DNA from: Planctomycetota bacterium
GTDB lineage: Bacteria > Planctomycetota > B15-G4 > JADJEK01
DNA: 64,000 nt
Assembly: GCA_044225365.1 (NCBI GenBank)
Contig: JBGAIQ010000021.1
Location: 1 to 64,000, forward strand
Direction: 5' to 3'
Position numbers and translations under genes: made by a program. Below the pieces are notes generated by a model. That model was not told where the DNA came from and made no database searches. It saw only the letters and a program-made list of their open reading frames with translations. Positions within the stretch are counted from its first letter, which is position 1; each line of letters opens with the position of its first letter. This document shows, piece by piece, positions 8,640-18,740 of this stretch.

Positions 8640-11600
8640 TCAGTCGTCTTTTTCGACACTACTGCGCAATCGTTCGATTCGCGACCAGGTTTGTTTCCAA
8701 GGAGTCAGGGAATCGGTTTCGCCAGGGAGCTCGAGGGAATCGAGTCGGGCGAGCGATGGCTCGGCCCGCCAGGAATCGAGGAGCGCGCGAAGCTGTTTCT
8801 TCGTGATCGTGGATGCGTCGCGACTACTCTCGATTCGATCGAGGTCGGCTGCGAGCCACTCCGTCGCACGGCGCCTCATGGCACTACGCTCGGCGATCGT
8901 CATTCCGACGGCGTCGTGGCCCTCTCCTAGGGCAAGGCGCGCCGCGGCGCGCGCACCCGTGAATCGCAGACCATAACCGTTCGCGGAACCGGGCCGACGC
9001 AAGAGCGCTTCGGTGGCTTGCACCGCGAGGCGAGACCGGTCAATCGTTACGAGCGCGAGTAGATTCGAGAAGACTTGAGACGAACGAACCTCATCGCCGA
9101 AGAGCTGCTCCTCGGCCATGGTGTTGGATCCATCGAGCAGTGCCTTCACTCGATTAGCATCGATGGCCACATCGAGAAATCGTTTGGTGTCCTCGACGAT
9201 GGACTGTTGCCCTCGCGCGAGAGCCGCGCTTCGCACGGCCTCGAGCCGCTCGATCGCGGAGGTCGGGTCACCGAGTTGCAGTGCGCAATAGGCTCGAACC
9301 GCGGCGGCCTCGAGGTTCTGCGGATCCGATCGAAGGGCGAGATCGAATTGCGAGGCGGCGCCTCGTATGTCGAACGTCTCGACCAGCAGGCGTCCTAGCA
9401 TGTTCAAGATGACCGGGTCGGTGGGATACGCCGCCACCATCGATCGCATGATCTCGATCGCCTTCGAGACACGCCCTTGCACAACGTAGGAGTCCGCGAC
9501 GGTCAGGCCCGCGGCAGGCTCTCCCAACTCGAAGGCTTGGCGAGCCGCGGCGCCGCCCTGCTCGTTCTGACCGAGGAGAGACCGGACGGAGCTCAGGACG
9601 AGCCACGCGCGTCCCGCTCTCGGATCGGTTGCGACCGCGCGCTCGAGAAGGACGCTCGCCGTCTCGAAATCCTTGGCGATCGACAGAGCCCGACCGAGAT
9701 CGACGAGAGTATGGACGTCATTCGGTCTCAGCGAGTTCGCCATCCAGTAGAGTCGAATGACTTCTTCGATTCGCGGCGACGTGTCGTTCGACAATGCGGT
9801 CGCGTAGTCGTGACAGATCCAATAATCCTCGGGATGGTCGATTCTCGCGCTCTTGAACACGGCGAGCGCGGCATCGCGCTCACCCGCTTCGAGTAGGCTT
9901 CGAGCCAGCAGTAGACGACAGACGGCGGGCTGCGAATTCGTGTCTTCTCGGGCCGCAATTCCTAGCAATGCGCTGGAATCGCCACTTCGTCTCGCACGGC
10001 GTACGTCGAGTCGCCAGGGATCCGACTCGCACGCGATCGCGAGGTCCGCCAGCGTGGTCCAGTCGCTTCGACGGGCCGCGCGGCGCAATCGGGCCCAGTT
10101 ATCGAGTCCCACGACGAGCGAGTCCGCGATGATGTCGGATCGGATGCTTGCGGCGATCTCGTCGGGCGATTTCGTCGCGAAGTCGATTCCGTGATCGCGG
10201 AACGTACGGGCGAACTCTTCCTCGAGGCGACTCGCGTCCTTGTCGTCGAGGGAACGATGGTGGAGCTCCTCGAGTCTCGACAGCGTGCGCGATGCGATTT
10301 CATTGCGATCGATCTCGCGCGCCACCAGGGATTCGATGTTCGCCGCGGCACTCGAGATGTCGGCATCGACCTCGTTCGCCTTGGTGAAGGCGACGGCGCG
10401 AAGGGCGGCATCGTGCGCGCGATCCCAGGGTGCGCGCTCGAGTCGGGACGGGGAGTCCTTGGCTCGGGCGACGGCGCTGCGTGCGTCCTCGATCTCGCGG
10501 GTGGCCTCGATATCGACGGCGGCGCGGCGCTGATCCCGTTCACGCTGCAGTCGGAGCCACACGTACCCGACCGTCGTGACGAGGGCGAGGAGGGTGGCCG
10601 CGAGAGCCATGACCAGGGAGCGGATCCGTCGCTCGTGGGCGGCGACCGCGGTCGCTCGGACCGCGGCGAGCTCGGCACGACGAATTCGATCGGTGACGCC
10701 CGCCAAGTACTTTGCGATGGAAGCAACCACGGCGGAAGCGTCGCTCGGCCGTCGGTCGGGCTCCGGTGAAAGGCAGGCACGAGCGAGTTCCACGAGTTCC
10801 GTATCTGCCCCGCAGGCCGCAAGTCGCGCGGTGATGTCCTCGTGACTCGACTCCGTCGCGATTCGCACGGTTTCGCTCCGCGAACTACCGAGGTTCGGGG
10901 GCTCACCCGTGAGGATCTCGCCAAGGATCGCTCCGAGTCCGAAGACATCGGTGCGCGCATCGATTCGGGCGTGCTCGCCTCGCGCTTGCTCGGGTGCCAT
11001 GTACGCGGGCGTCCCGATGACACGTGTCCCCGAAGCGGAATCGGTCGCATCCCGAGCGTCCGGATCCGCGGTTTGGCGCATCGCCCGGGCGAAGCCCCAG
11101 TCGATCAACTGGACCTCGCCGAAGGAACCGACCATGACGTTGTGAGGCTTTACATCGCCGTGCACGACGCCGCGCGCGTGAGCGAAGGCGAGTGTCTTGG
11201 CGACCGCGATCAGGATTTCGAGGAAGCGACCGCGTGAGGCTTCGCCCTTCTCCGAATCGCGTAGCTCCTCGGCGAGCGTTCGACCCGAGATGATGCGCAT
11301 CGTGAAATAAGGTCGTCCGTCGGGAAGCGTTCCGTACTCGTGTAGGGGCACGATGCCCGGGTGTTCGAGCGATCCCGCGAGCCGTGCCTCCTCGAGGAAG
11401 GACTCGAGGAGATGGTCATGAAGCGCACTGCGCGCCTTCAAGACCTTGAGCGCGACCGTTCGACCGAGGCTCGGATCGACGACTTCGTAGACTTCCCCCA
11501 CCCCGCCCATTCCAAGCCGCCGAATCACGCGAAACTCGCCAAGTCGCTCCGGAATCGGCAGCGCGTCGCCTTCTCCAGGTTCGCTCAAGACGTTCGAGCG

Positions 11601-11678
11601 CTCGCATGCGAACGCAGACAGCAGAAGCGTGTCGAGGAAGTCCGGGTTATCGGGAGGAAGTGGATCCGTAGGTTGCAT
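8640..11678 (-). CDS. Ser/Thr protein kinase with TM helix and TPR repeats
   Basis: LGMGGVGEV, VALK, HGDVKPHN, DWG, GTPAYMAPEQ, DVFGLG; TM LVMALAATLLALVTTVGYVWL; TPR-like C-terminus. Confidence 0.95.
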   Translation of the reverse strand: MQPTDPLPPDNPDFLDTLLLSAFACERSNVLSEPGEGDALPIPERLGEFRVIRRLGMGGVGEVYEVVDPSLGRTVALKVLKARSALHDHLLESFLEEARLAGSLEHPGIVPLHEYGTLPDGRPYFTMRIISGRTLAEELRDSEKGEASRGRFLEILIAVAKTLAFAHARGVVHGDVKPHNVMVGSFGEVQLIDWGFARAMRQTADPDARDATDSASGTRVIGTPAYMAPEQARGEHARIDARTDVFGLGAILGEILTGEPPNLGSSRSETVRIATESSHEDITARLAACGADTELVELARACLSPEPDRRPSDASAVVASIAKYLAGVTDRIRRAELAAVRATAVAAHERRIRSLVMALAATLLALVTTVGYVWLRLQRERDQRRAAVDIEATREIEDARSAVARAKDSPSRLERAPWDRAHDAALRAVAFTKANEVDADISSAAANIESLVAREIDRNEIASRTLSRLEELHHRSLDDKDASRLEEEFARTFRDHGIDFATKSPDEIAASIRSDIIADSLVVGLDNWARLRRAARRSDWTTLADLAIACESDPWRLDVRRARRSGDSSALLGIAAREDTNSQPAVCRLLLARSLLEAGERDAALAVFKSARIDHPEDYWICHDYATALSNDTSPRIEEVIRLYWMANSLRPNDVHTLVDLGRALSIAKDFETASVLLERAVATDPRAGRAWLVLSSVRSLLGQNEQGGAAARQAFELGEPAAGLTVADSYVVQGRVSKAIEIMRSMVAAYPTDPVILNMLGRLLVETFDIRGAASQFDLALRSDPQNLEAAAVRAYCALQLGDPTSAIERLEAVRSAALARGQQSIVEDTKRFLDVAIDANRVKALLDGSNTMAEEQLFGDEVRSSQVFSNLLALVTIDRSRLAVQATEALLRRPGSANGYGLRFTGARAAARLALGEGHDAVGMTIAERSAMRRRATEWLAADLDRIESSRDASTITKKQLRALLDSWRAEPSLARLDSLELPGETDSLTPWKQTWSRIERLRSSVEKDD

Positions 11679-11765
11679 TCGACTCTCTTCGGATCGTCAC
11701 GAACGAGGAATCCGACGAGTTGGGAATCGTTGCTGGGGCATCTCTGGAACTCAGGGCGAAATCAG

Positions 11766-11793
11766 GATGCCTTTTCCAAGAAGAAAAGGCATC
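11766..11793. other. 11-bp perfect hairpin between ECF sigma and kinase genes
   Basis: GATGCCTTTTC-CAAGAA-GAAAAGGCATC. Confidence 0.55.
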
Positions 11794-11829
11794 TCGGTGC
11801 CGATGGAACGGGCCGAGAGGGCCTGGATC

Positions 11830-12510
11830 TCACATCAGGTGACTTGCGAGCTCCCGACACTTGTCTTCCAGCTCGTGACGAGTTGCGCCCGGATGATACT
11901 GCGAGACGACTTCGAAGAGGGCGATTCGAAACTCCTCCTTTGCGACCTTGAGGATTTCGTAGACGACCGTGACGGGGATGCCCGTCTCCTCCGCGATCAC
12001 GCGAGGGGGCTGGTTGTGTACGAACCGACCCTCGAGGCATTTCTCTTTTCGTTCGTGGTCCGGGTGCGACGCAATTCGTTTCCGGAGCAGGGCGAGGGCC
12101 TGGAGGCAGATCATCTGGGCCCAGGTGCGATCGAAGGCCGCAGAGAGAGTTGTATTTCGGCGATCGCAGGCTTCGGACGAGTCGCTTCGGAACGCGACTT
12201 TCTGGTCGCGGCGCCACCGCCGCTCGATCGCGATCGCGGTGCGTCGCGTGACCCCGAACAAGAAGCCACGGAAATCCGGCGCTCGCCCGCGATCGAGCCG
12301 CTCGAGTGCGCCGGCAGGGCGCAGGCATTCGATCATCACTTCCTGTACGCCCTCGCTCACCCGTTCGTGGCGGCTCGATACGCGCCATCGAGCACTCAAA
12401 TAGGAGCGGACCACGGGCTCGTACCGACGGGCGAATCGCTCTCGCGCCTCACTGTCTCCGGATGCGGCTCCGAGTACGACGGACCAGCACGTGGAGTCGA
12501 AGTGCGTCAT
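11830..12510 (-). CDS. ECF-type sigma-70 factor (kinase-associated)
   Basis: FDSTCWSVVLGAASGDSEARERFARRYEPVVRSYL...EGVQEVMI...FRGFLFGV...AFDRTWA...IAEETGIPVTVVY. Confidence 0.88.
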   Translation of the reverse strand: MTHFDSTCWSVVLGAASGDSEARERFARRYEPVVRSYLSARWRVSSRHERVSEGVQEVMIECLRPAGALERLDRGRAPDFRGFLFGVTRRTAIAIERRWRRDQKVAFRSDSSEACDRRNTTLSAAFDRTWAQMICLQALALLRKRIASHPDHERKEKCLEGRFVHNQPPRVIAEETGIPVTVVYEILKVAKEEFRIALFEVVSQYHPGATRHELEDKCRELASHLM

Positions 12511-12603
12511 CGCCGCGGATCATACGTTCCTCGCGGACACTTTTTTTTCGTCTGGGACCAGAATTCCGCCCCAAAACACCGTCGTCGAACAGAGATCGCC
12601 CAC

Positions 12604-14241
12604 ATGAAATACCGATGGAATCTGCCGGTTTCGACCCTTGCCGCCGCATCGCTGTTCACCTCCTGCTTCAGCATCGGGCCCGACCACGTCGCGCCCGAAG
12701 CGCCGCTGAACACCGATTGGTCGGCGAGCGACGCCGGTGCACCGAAGACCACGGCGTCGCCGCAGCCGATGTGGTGGAAGAACTTTGGAGATCCGGTCCT
12801 TCAGGATCTCATCGATCACGCGCTCGCCCAGAACCTCTCGCTCGAGAGCGCGTCGCTGCGCGTGCTCGAGGCGAGGGTGAATCGCCACGTGAGCTGGACG
12901 CTCCTCGCACCGATCCCGTTGCTCGGTGGCAGCGCCGTACATGCGAACATGAGCCAGAACGTGAAGCCGGACGTCGAGGTGGATGCGCCGGACAAGCCGA
13001 GCAAGACGACGATCACGATCGGTGGCGGGCCGCTTCATCCACAAGGCAAGACGATCACGATCGCTCCCGATATCTCTGCTCCGCAAGTGTCGGTCTCGGA
13101 TGAACTCAACGTCTTCGAAGTCGGACTCGACGCCGTTTGGGAACTCGACCTCTGGGGGAAGAAGCGACGAAACGTCCAGGCGGCCGACGCCGAGATCGAC
13201 CAGGCGTTCGCGAGCTACGCGGACTCGATGGTCCGCCTCGTCGGTGAGGTCGCCGCGAGCTACGTTCAATTGCGAACCTACGAGGCTCGCAAGGAATCCA
13301 TCACGCGCAGCGCGATGAACGAGCGCAAGAGCGCAGCGATGGCGAAGGACAGGAAAGCAAACGGATCCGCTTCCGATCTCGATGCGCTCCAACTCGGGGC
13401 CCTCGCGAGCGAGACCGAGGCGGCGATTCCTCCGCTCGAGGCCGCGATTCGGCAGACCCGCAATGCGCTCTGCATCCTCCTCGGGAAGCCCCCGGGAAGC
13501 CTCGACGCACGACTCGCCGCACCCGCGGCGATCCCGATCGCGCCGGAGAGCATTGCGATCGGCATCCCCGCCGACCTCCTGCGACGCCGCCCCGACGTCC
13601 GTCGCGCCGAGCGCTTCGCAGCCGCGGAATGCGAGCGCATCGGAATGGCCAAATCCGAGCTGTATCCCAGCTTCTCCTTGCTCGGGAGCATCGGCGTCGC
13701 GTCGAGCCACACCGGGGACCTCTTCGACAGCGATAGCGTCAAGGGCGCGTACGGCCTCGGGGTGAAGTGGAACATCCTGTGGTACACGCTCGTGATGGAC
13801 GCCGTCCGCATTCGCGACGCGAAGTACCAGGAGGCGATCTACGACTACCAGGAGACGGTGTTGCGCGCCGCGAAGGAAGTCGAGGATGGAGTGGCGCAGC
13901 TCGCCGCCGACCATCAGCGGCTCGCCAAGATCGAGGAAGCGCTCGCGGCGCAGAAGCAAAGCGTCGACCTCTGCATGCAGATGTTCGAGAACGGTAGTAC
14001 CGAGTTCGCTCGCGTGCTCGACGCACTCCGCTCGTATGCCAGGATCGAGGAGAGTGCGAGTGAAGCGCGCGGAGCCACGGCACTCCACGCGATCGCGCTG
14101 TACAAGGCACTCGGCGGCGGCTGGGAGAACATCGACGCCGAACGCATCGTGAACGAGGCGACGTGGAAGGCGATGGGGGTGCGTACGGATTGGGACGCTT
14201 ACACCCCGAGCCCGGCCACGTCGTCCGAGAGTAGTAAGTGA
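12604..14241 (+). CDS. Outer-membrane efflux lipoprotein (NodT/TolC family)
   Basis: Lipobox FTS-C; WWKNFGDPVL, WELDLWG, GIPADLLRRRPDVRRAE, LYKALGGGW; the ORF extension back to 11629 is antisense shadow. Confidence 0.93.
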   Translation: MKYRWNLPVSTLAAASLFTSCFSIGPDHVAPEAPLNTDWSASDAGAPKTTASPQPMWWKNFGDPVLQDLIDHALAQNLSLESASLRVLEARVNRHVSWTLLAPIPLLGGSAVHANMSQNVKPDVEVDAPDKPSKTTITIGGGPLHPQGKTITIAPDISAPQVSVSDELNVFEVGLDAVWELDLWGKKRRNVQAADAEIDQAFASYADSMVRLVGEVAASYVQLRTYEARKESITRSAMNERKSAAMAKDRKANGSASDLDALQLGALASETEAAIPPLEAAIRQTRNALCILLGKPPGSLDARLAAPAAIPIAPESIAIGIPADLLRRRPDVRRAERFAAAECERIGMAKSELYPSFSLLGSIGVASSHTGDLFDSDSVKGAYGLGVKWNILWYTLVMDAVRIRDAKYQEAIYDYQETVLRAAKEVEDGVAQLAADHQRLAKIEEALAAQKQSVDLCMQMFENGSTEFARVLDALRSYARIEESASEARGATALHAIALYKALGGGWENIDAERIVNEATWKAMGVRTDWDAYTPSPATSSESSK

Positions 14242-14353
14242 AGTAGGTCCTTTTCCCCCAAGACCGTGGTGATCATTGTCACGGTGGCTGCTCTTACGAC
14301 TCGGTCGGCAATTCAACGGCCGTGAACAAGAGTCCATCGTTCGGAGCCAGTTC

Positions 14354-16099
14354 ATGACCCATCCATTCCCTTTTCCATTCACCCAGCGACTCGGGATCGC
14401 CAGCATCGGCGTCGTCGCGATTGCGCTGCTCGGACAAGCGTGCGCGCTTCCCAGCGCGCACAGCGCGTCCAAACGGCCGAACATCCTCCTCATCGTCGCC
14501 GATGACATGGGATACTCGGATCTCGGGTGCTTCGGCGGCGAGATCAAGACGCCGAATCTCGACGCGCTCGCGGCCCGCGGGATGCGCGGCACCAATTTCT
14601 GTGTCGGCCCTACATGTTCACCGACGCGATCGATGCTCCTCACGGGCGTCGACAATCACATCGCCGGCCTCGGGAACATGCATGAGTACGTGGGTCCCGA
14701 GCAGAAAGGCAAACCGGGATACGAAGGGCATCTCAACGACCGCGTGGTCTCCGTCGCGACGCTCCTCCACGACTCGGGCTACCACACCTACATGGCGGGG
14801 AAGTGGCATCTCGGAGAGGAGGAACCGAGCTGGCCGGCGGCGCGAGGCTTCGAGCGCGACTTCACGTTGATGCAAGGCGGAGGCAGCAACTGGTCGGACA
14901 TGCTCTATCCGAACCCGGCGCACCCGCATCTCACGTTCTCGCTCGATGGCAAGCGCGTGGAGAAACTCCCCGACGATCACTTCTCGACGGCCGCTTACAG
15001 CGACTACATCATGAAGTGCATCGACGGAGGCAAGGCGGACGGTAAGCCGTTCTTCGCGTATCTCTCGTTCCAGGCCGTGCACAGCCCGTTCGCAGTCCCC
15101 GACGACTGGCTCGATCGATACAAGGGGAAATATGACGCCGGCTACGACGCGATTCGCGAGTCGCGTCTCGCGAAGATGAAGGCGATGGGTCTCGTCGGAA
15201 AGGACGTGAAGCCGTTTCCGCGCCTCCCGAGCGTCCCGGCCTGGGACTCGCTCACTCCGGAGGAGAAGGAAGTCTCCTCGCGGAAGATGGAACTCTACGC
15301 AGCGATGCTGGAGAACATGGACTTCCACATCGGTCGAGTTCTCGATCACGTCAAGCAGGCAGGACAGCTCGACAATACGATCGTGATGTTCATGTCCGAC
15401 AACGGTGCGGAATTCACCGAGGCTCTCGCCCTCATCGAATCGCTCGGCCCCGGGCCGAAGAAATGGGCGCAGGAGAACTTCGACACCCGACCCGAGAACA
15501 GGGGGCGCAAGGGTTCCCTCGTCGATTACGGAGCGGCTTGGGCGCAGGTCGGAACCGTGCCGTTCCGACTCTTCAAGCACTATGTCGCGGAGGGCGGCAT
15601 CCGCTCCCCACTCATCCTGGCGGGCCCTGGCGTGAATCACGCGGGCGATACGTCGAACGCGCTCGTGCATGCGATGGACATCGTCCCGACGTTCCTCGAT
15701 CTCGCGGGCGTTTCCCACCCGGGATTACAGTCGGGCGCAAGAGTCGTCGCCCCCGAGGGCAAGTCGATCGTGCCACTGCTCGCGGGTAGCGCCAAGGCCG
15801 TGCGCAGCGATTCCGATTGGATCGGTTGGGAGATGTTCGGCAATCGCGCGATCCGGCAGGGGGATTGGAAGATCCTCTACATCACGAAGGAGGCCCAGGG
15901 CAGCGGCGTGTGGCAGCTCTTCAATCTCCGCGAGGATCCGGCGGAGACGAACGACCTCGCGGCAGCGAACCCGGATCGATTGAAGTCGATGGTCGCGCTT
16001 TGGGATGAGTACGCGAAGAAGAACGGCGTGATCCTCACGGGCGATGGCCCGTTCCGCGCCAAGAGCAGCGGACAGCCGAAGATCGACGACGACGATTGA
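14354..16099 (+). CDS. Arylsulfatase (Cys-type)
   Basis: RPNILLIVADDMGYSD, CSPTRSMLLTG, GKWHLG, SDNG. Confidence 0.95.
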   Translation: MTHPFPFPFTQRLGIASIGVVAIALLGQACALPSAHSASKRPNILLIVADDMGYSDLGCFGGEIKTPNLDALAARGMRGTNFCVGPTCSPTRSMLLTGVDNHIAGLGNMHEYVGPEQKGKPGYEGHLNDRVVSVATLLHDSGYHTYMAGKWHLGEEEPSWPAARGFERDFTLMQGGGSNWSDMLYPNPAHPHLTFSLDGKRVEKLPDDHFSTAAYSDYIMKCIDGGKADGKPFFAYLSFQAVHSPFAVPDDWLDRYKGKYDAGYDAIRESRLAKMKAMGLVGKDVKPFPRLPSVPAWDSLTPEEKEVSSRKMELYAAMLENMDFHIGRVLDHVKQAGQLDNTIVMFMSDNGAEFTEALALIESLGPGPKKWAQENFDTRPENRGRKGSLVDYGAAWAQVGTVPFRLFKHYVAEGGIRSPLILAGPGVNHAGDTSNALVHAMDIVPTFLDLAGVSHPGLQSGARVVAPEGKSIVPLLAGSAKAVRSDSDWIGWEMFGNRAIRQGDWKILYITKEAQGSGVWQLFNLREDPAETNDLAAANPDRLKSMVALWDEYAKKNGVILTGDGPFRAKSSGQPKIDDDD

Positions 16100-16140
16100 G
16101 ATTCGCCCAGAGCGCGAATTGCGATCCGAGGATTCGAGAC

Positions 16141-16176
16141 AAGACCCTGGCGCCTGCGCCGGGGTCTTTTGCTTTT
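16141..16176 (+). terminator. Intrinsic terminator
   Basis: AAGACCCTGGCGC-CT-GCGCCGGGGTCTT followed by TTGCTTTT. Confidence 0.75.
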
Positions 16177-16391
16177 GTCGTCGAGCCGCGAGAGGCGATC
16201 CCATTTCTCGGGGCGACGAATTCGAGGTGCTACTTCACTCCGATCCAGTGAGAACTCGGAAGGCCGCGCCACGGCTGGGAGACGATCGGCAGCTATTCAA
16301 TCGGAAAGGCCTACGAGATCCGTTGGATCGATGAATTCCAATCGAAGATCCAAGTAAGCGCGGGCGGTGGAGTTCTTTTCGCCGCGACGGA

Positions 16392-17549
16392 TCAGCGAGC
16401 GTTGAACCCCGCTCTTCGAGCGAGTCGCTCCATTTCCTTCCGGACCTGTTGGGCTGCGGCATCGGCGCAGTTCCCACACATGGAGTGGTAGTAGTACTTC
16501 GAGAGCGCCAAGTTCATCCAGTCGTAGGCGCGTCGATAGAGGCGCTGCCCTTCGTAACACTTCGAGACCTCGATCGCTGCGTAGTGGCGGTAGTTCATGC
16601 AGAGTTCGAGGATATTCGGACCTTCCTCCTCGTCGTCGACCTGAGAGGAAAGGAGGAGTTCGAGGAGATAGATCGCCTCCGCGTGGTTCCCCGTGATCCG
16701 CATCCAGTGACCCGCGTTGAACGTCGCCCGGCCCCACGCTCTCGTGAAGGGCAGGTTGTAAGCAACCTGTTTGTCGATGTGGGCGGCGAGGGCGTAGTGT
16801 TTCGAACACGCTTCGGCATCAGCCAAGAGCGCGCTCGCGTCTGCGAGTTGCTCGGGTGCGGTCGAGGGCGACAAGAGCGTCACCGCGGCCGTCAGTAGGG
16901 TTCGGGTGATCTTGATACCGGATCGGGACCCCAGCCAATCCGGTCCCGCGGTCCTTGCGAGGATCAGCGCGATTCGGCCCCGCGTCCGATCGTCGACCGC
17001 ACGATCCCAACAGCGCCAACCGATGTCGAAGCGAGCGATCGTATAGGCCCCTTCCGCCGGCAGACCACCGAGCGCTTCGAGGAGATCGACACTCCTCTCG
17101 ACGGCATTCAGGTCGTTCGGATGCCCCGCGAGCGTCATGGCGCGCAGCCCGTCGAGAACGGATGGACCGACGAAGCAAAGATCCACCGCCATGACCTCGG
17201 GCGGTCGATCGAGGTTCGACGAGATCGAGGCACGATACACGGCTGGCCAGCGCCGTATCGCGACGATCGACGCATCGCGAACGAGTCGAGCGCTGGTGAC
17301 GGTCACCGAGGTGAACTTCTTCCGGCAGACTTCGCGCGCCTCTTCGTGGAGATCGCGCAGGCGCTGGACACGCTCGACCACCTTGTCGCGATCCTTTGCG
17401 CGAGGATGGAAGAGGGATCTCAACGATTCCTCCTCCTTCGACGACAGCAACCGTCGCACTTCGGGCGATGCCCCTTTCCGCGGCGGATCGGCGTGCAAGG
17501 AAGCGCTGGAGGCGAAGAGCAAGAGTAGGAACACTGCACAACGCAACAT
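16392..17549 (-). CDS. Secreted hypothetical protein, TPR-like C-terminus with CxxC
   Basis: Signal peptide MLRCAVFLLLLFASSASLHA; helical C-terminus ...ALSKYYYHSMCGNC. Confidence 0.65.
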   Translation of the reverse strand: MLRCAVFLLLLFASSASLHADPPRKGASPEVRRLLSSKEEESLRSLFHPRAKDRDKVVERVQRLRDLHEEAREVCRKKFTSVTVTSARLVRDASIVAIRRWPAVYRASISSNLDRPPEVMAVDLCFVGPSVLDGLRAMTLAGHPNDLNAVERSVDLLEALGGLPAEGAYTIARFDIGWRCWDRAVDDRTRGRIALILARTAGPDWLGSRSGIKITRTLLTAAVTLLSPSTAPEQLADASALLADAEACSKHYALAAHIDKQVAYNLPFTRAWGRATFNAGHWMRITGNHAEAIYLLELLLSSQVDDEEEGPNILELCMNYRHYAAIEVSKCYEGQRLYRRAYDWMNLALSKYYYHSMCGNCADAAAQQVRKEMERLARRAGFNAR

Positions 17550-17938
17550 GTTGGAGGCATTACTCGGAAGACGGTCGTTTCTACGGAATACACCACTGCC
17601 GAGGGCGAAGAGAGCAAGTGCCGTTCCAGCCGGGACCGCTGGGAGATCGCGGGTGCCGATCCGACGGGATTCCTACTTAGCAGGACTACGAGCTATGGAA
17701 TCGCCGATCTTGGAGACGGCGCGCGCGGCGTCCAAGTGCTCCTCTTGCGTTACGCATTTCGCCGCGCGTTACCGAACGCCAGGGTCTACCCCCGGTCCGC
17801 TGTGTGGTTCTTCGCCGAACCCGGGGGCGCGATGAACCAAATCGATCTCGAAGAAAACGGAAGAATCCGTTCGGGTTCGGAGTAATGAGTTGTCTAGAGT
17901 CCTAGATCAATGAACCCTATTCGGAGGTCTTGATATCT

Positions 17939-18520
17939 ATGGCACGAGCAAATGTTGCTTCAGCGCTCGAAGGTCTTTCCATCGCACAACTCGAGGAGCT
18001 CATCGCATCGCGCCGCAAGTCGCTCGTTGCGGACCTGACGGCGAAACGGAATTCACTCCTCGCTGAGCTTCGTACCGTCGACGCTGAACTCGCGAAGGCG
18101 GGTAGCGCACCGAGCGCCGTGATGGGTGCTCCTCCCGCCAAGCGACGCGGTCGGCCTCCGGGCTCGAAGAACAAGAAGCGCGGGCCGGGTCGGCCGCCAG
18201 GATCGAAGAACAAGAGCACGCTCGCCGCTGCGGCGAGCGCCGGAGCGGCCGCTCCGAAGGGTCGCCCGGGCCGCAAGCCGGCGGATGGCAGCGGCGGCGG
18301 TTCGATGAAGGACGCGATCATGAGCCACATGATCTCGGCGAATGGCGCCGACGTGGCCGTCGCGGACCTCATCGAGAAACTGAAGTCGCGGACGACGTCG
18401 TCGAAGCCCGGCACGATCGTTTCGCTCGCCCTCATGGCGCTCAAGAAGGACAAGCTCGTCGAGTCCGCCGGTCGTGGCCTCTACAAGCTGACGGCGAAGG
18501 GCGCGAAGAGCGCTTCGTAA
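17939..18520 (+). CDS. Putative nucleoid-associated protein: coiled coil + AT-hooks + winged helix
   Basis: GGAGG RBS at 17923; KRRGRPPGSKNK and RGPGRPPGSKNK; C-terminal helices and LVESAGRGLYKL wing. Confidence 0.8.
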   Translation: MARANVASALEGLSIAQLEELIASRRKSLVADLTAKRNSLLAELRTVDAELAKAGSAPSAVMGAPPAKRRGRPPGSKNKKRGPGRPPGSKNKSTLAAAASAGAAAPKGRPGRKPADGSGGGSMKDAIMSHMISANGADVAVADLIEKLKSRTTSSKPGTIVSLALMALKKDKLVESAGRGLYKLTAKGAKSAS

Positions 18521-18535
18521 GCCCCTCGAATCGTC

Positions 18536-18585
18536 GAAGCGAAGGCGGTCGGGAATTCGGTTCCCGACCGCTTTCGTGCTTTCGT
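18536..18585 (+). terminator. Intrinsic terminator
   Basis: CGAAGGCGGTCGGGAA-TTCGG-TTCCCGACCGCTTTCG then TGCTTT. Confidence 0.7.
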
Positions 18586-18740
18586 AGGGCTCTTGAAGAA
18601 GTCGGCGGCTCATCGCTTCGTTTCGGTATCATCCGGATTCGCGAGCATCGGCGGAGGACGACACGTGCTCGAGAAAAGGGCGCGTCGGCAGCAACGACTC
18701 GAGATGCGATCGTGAGCCACGGCGAAGGCGGAGAGCGACG

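Noticed and set aside
11629-12603. N-terminal 325 aa of the 870-aa ORF as a fusion to the TolC protein
   Set aside because: Overlaps the ECF gene on the opposite strand; lipoprotein signal starts at 12604.
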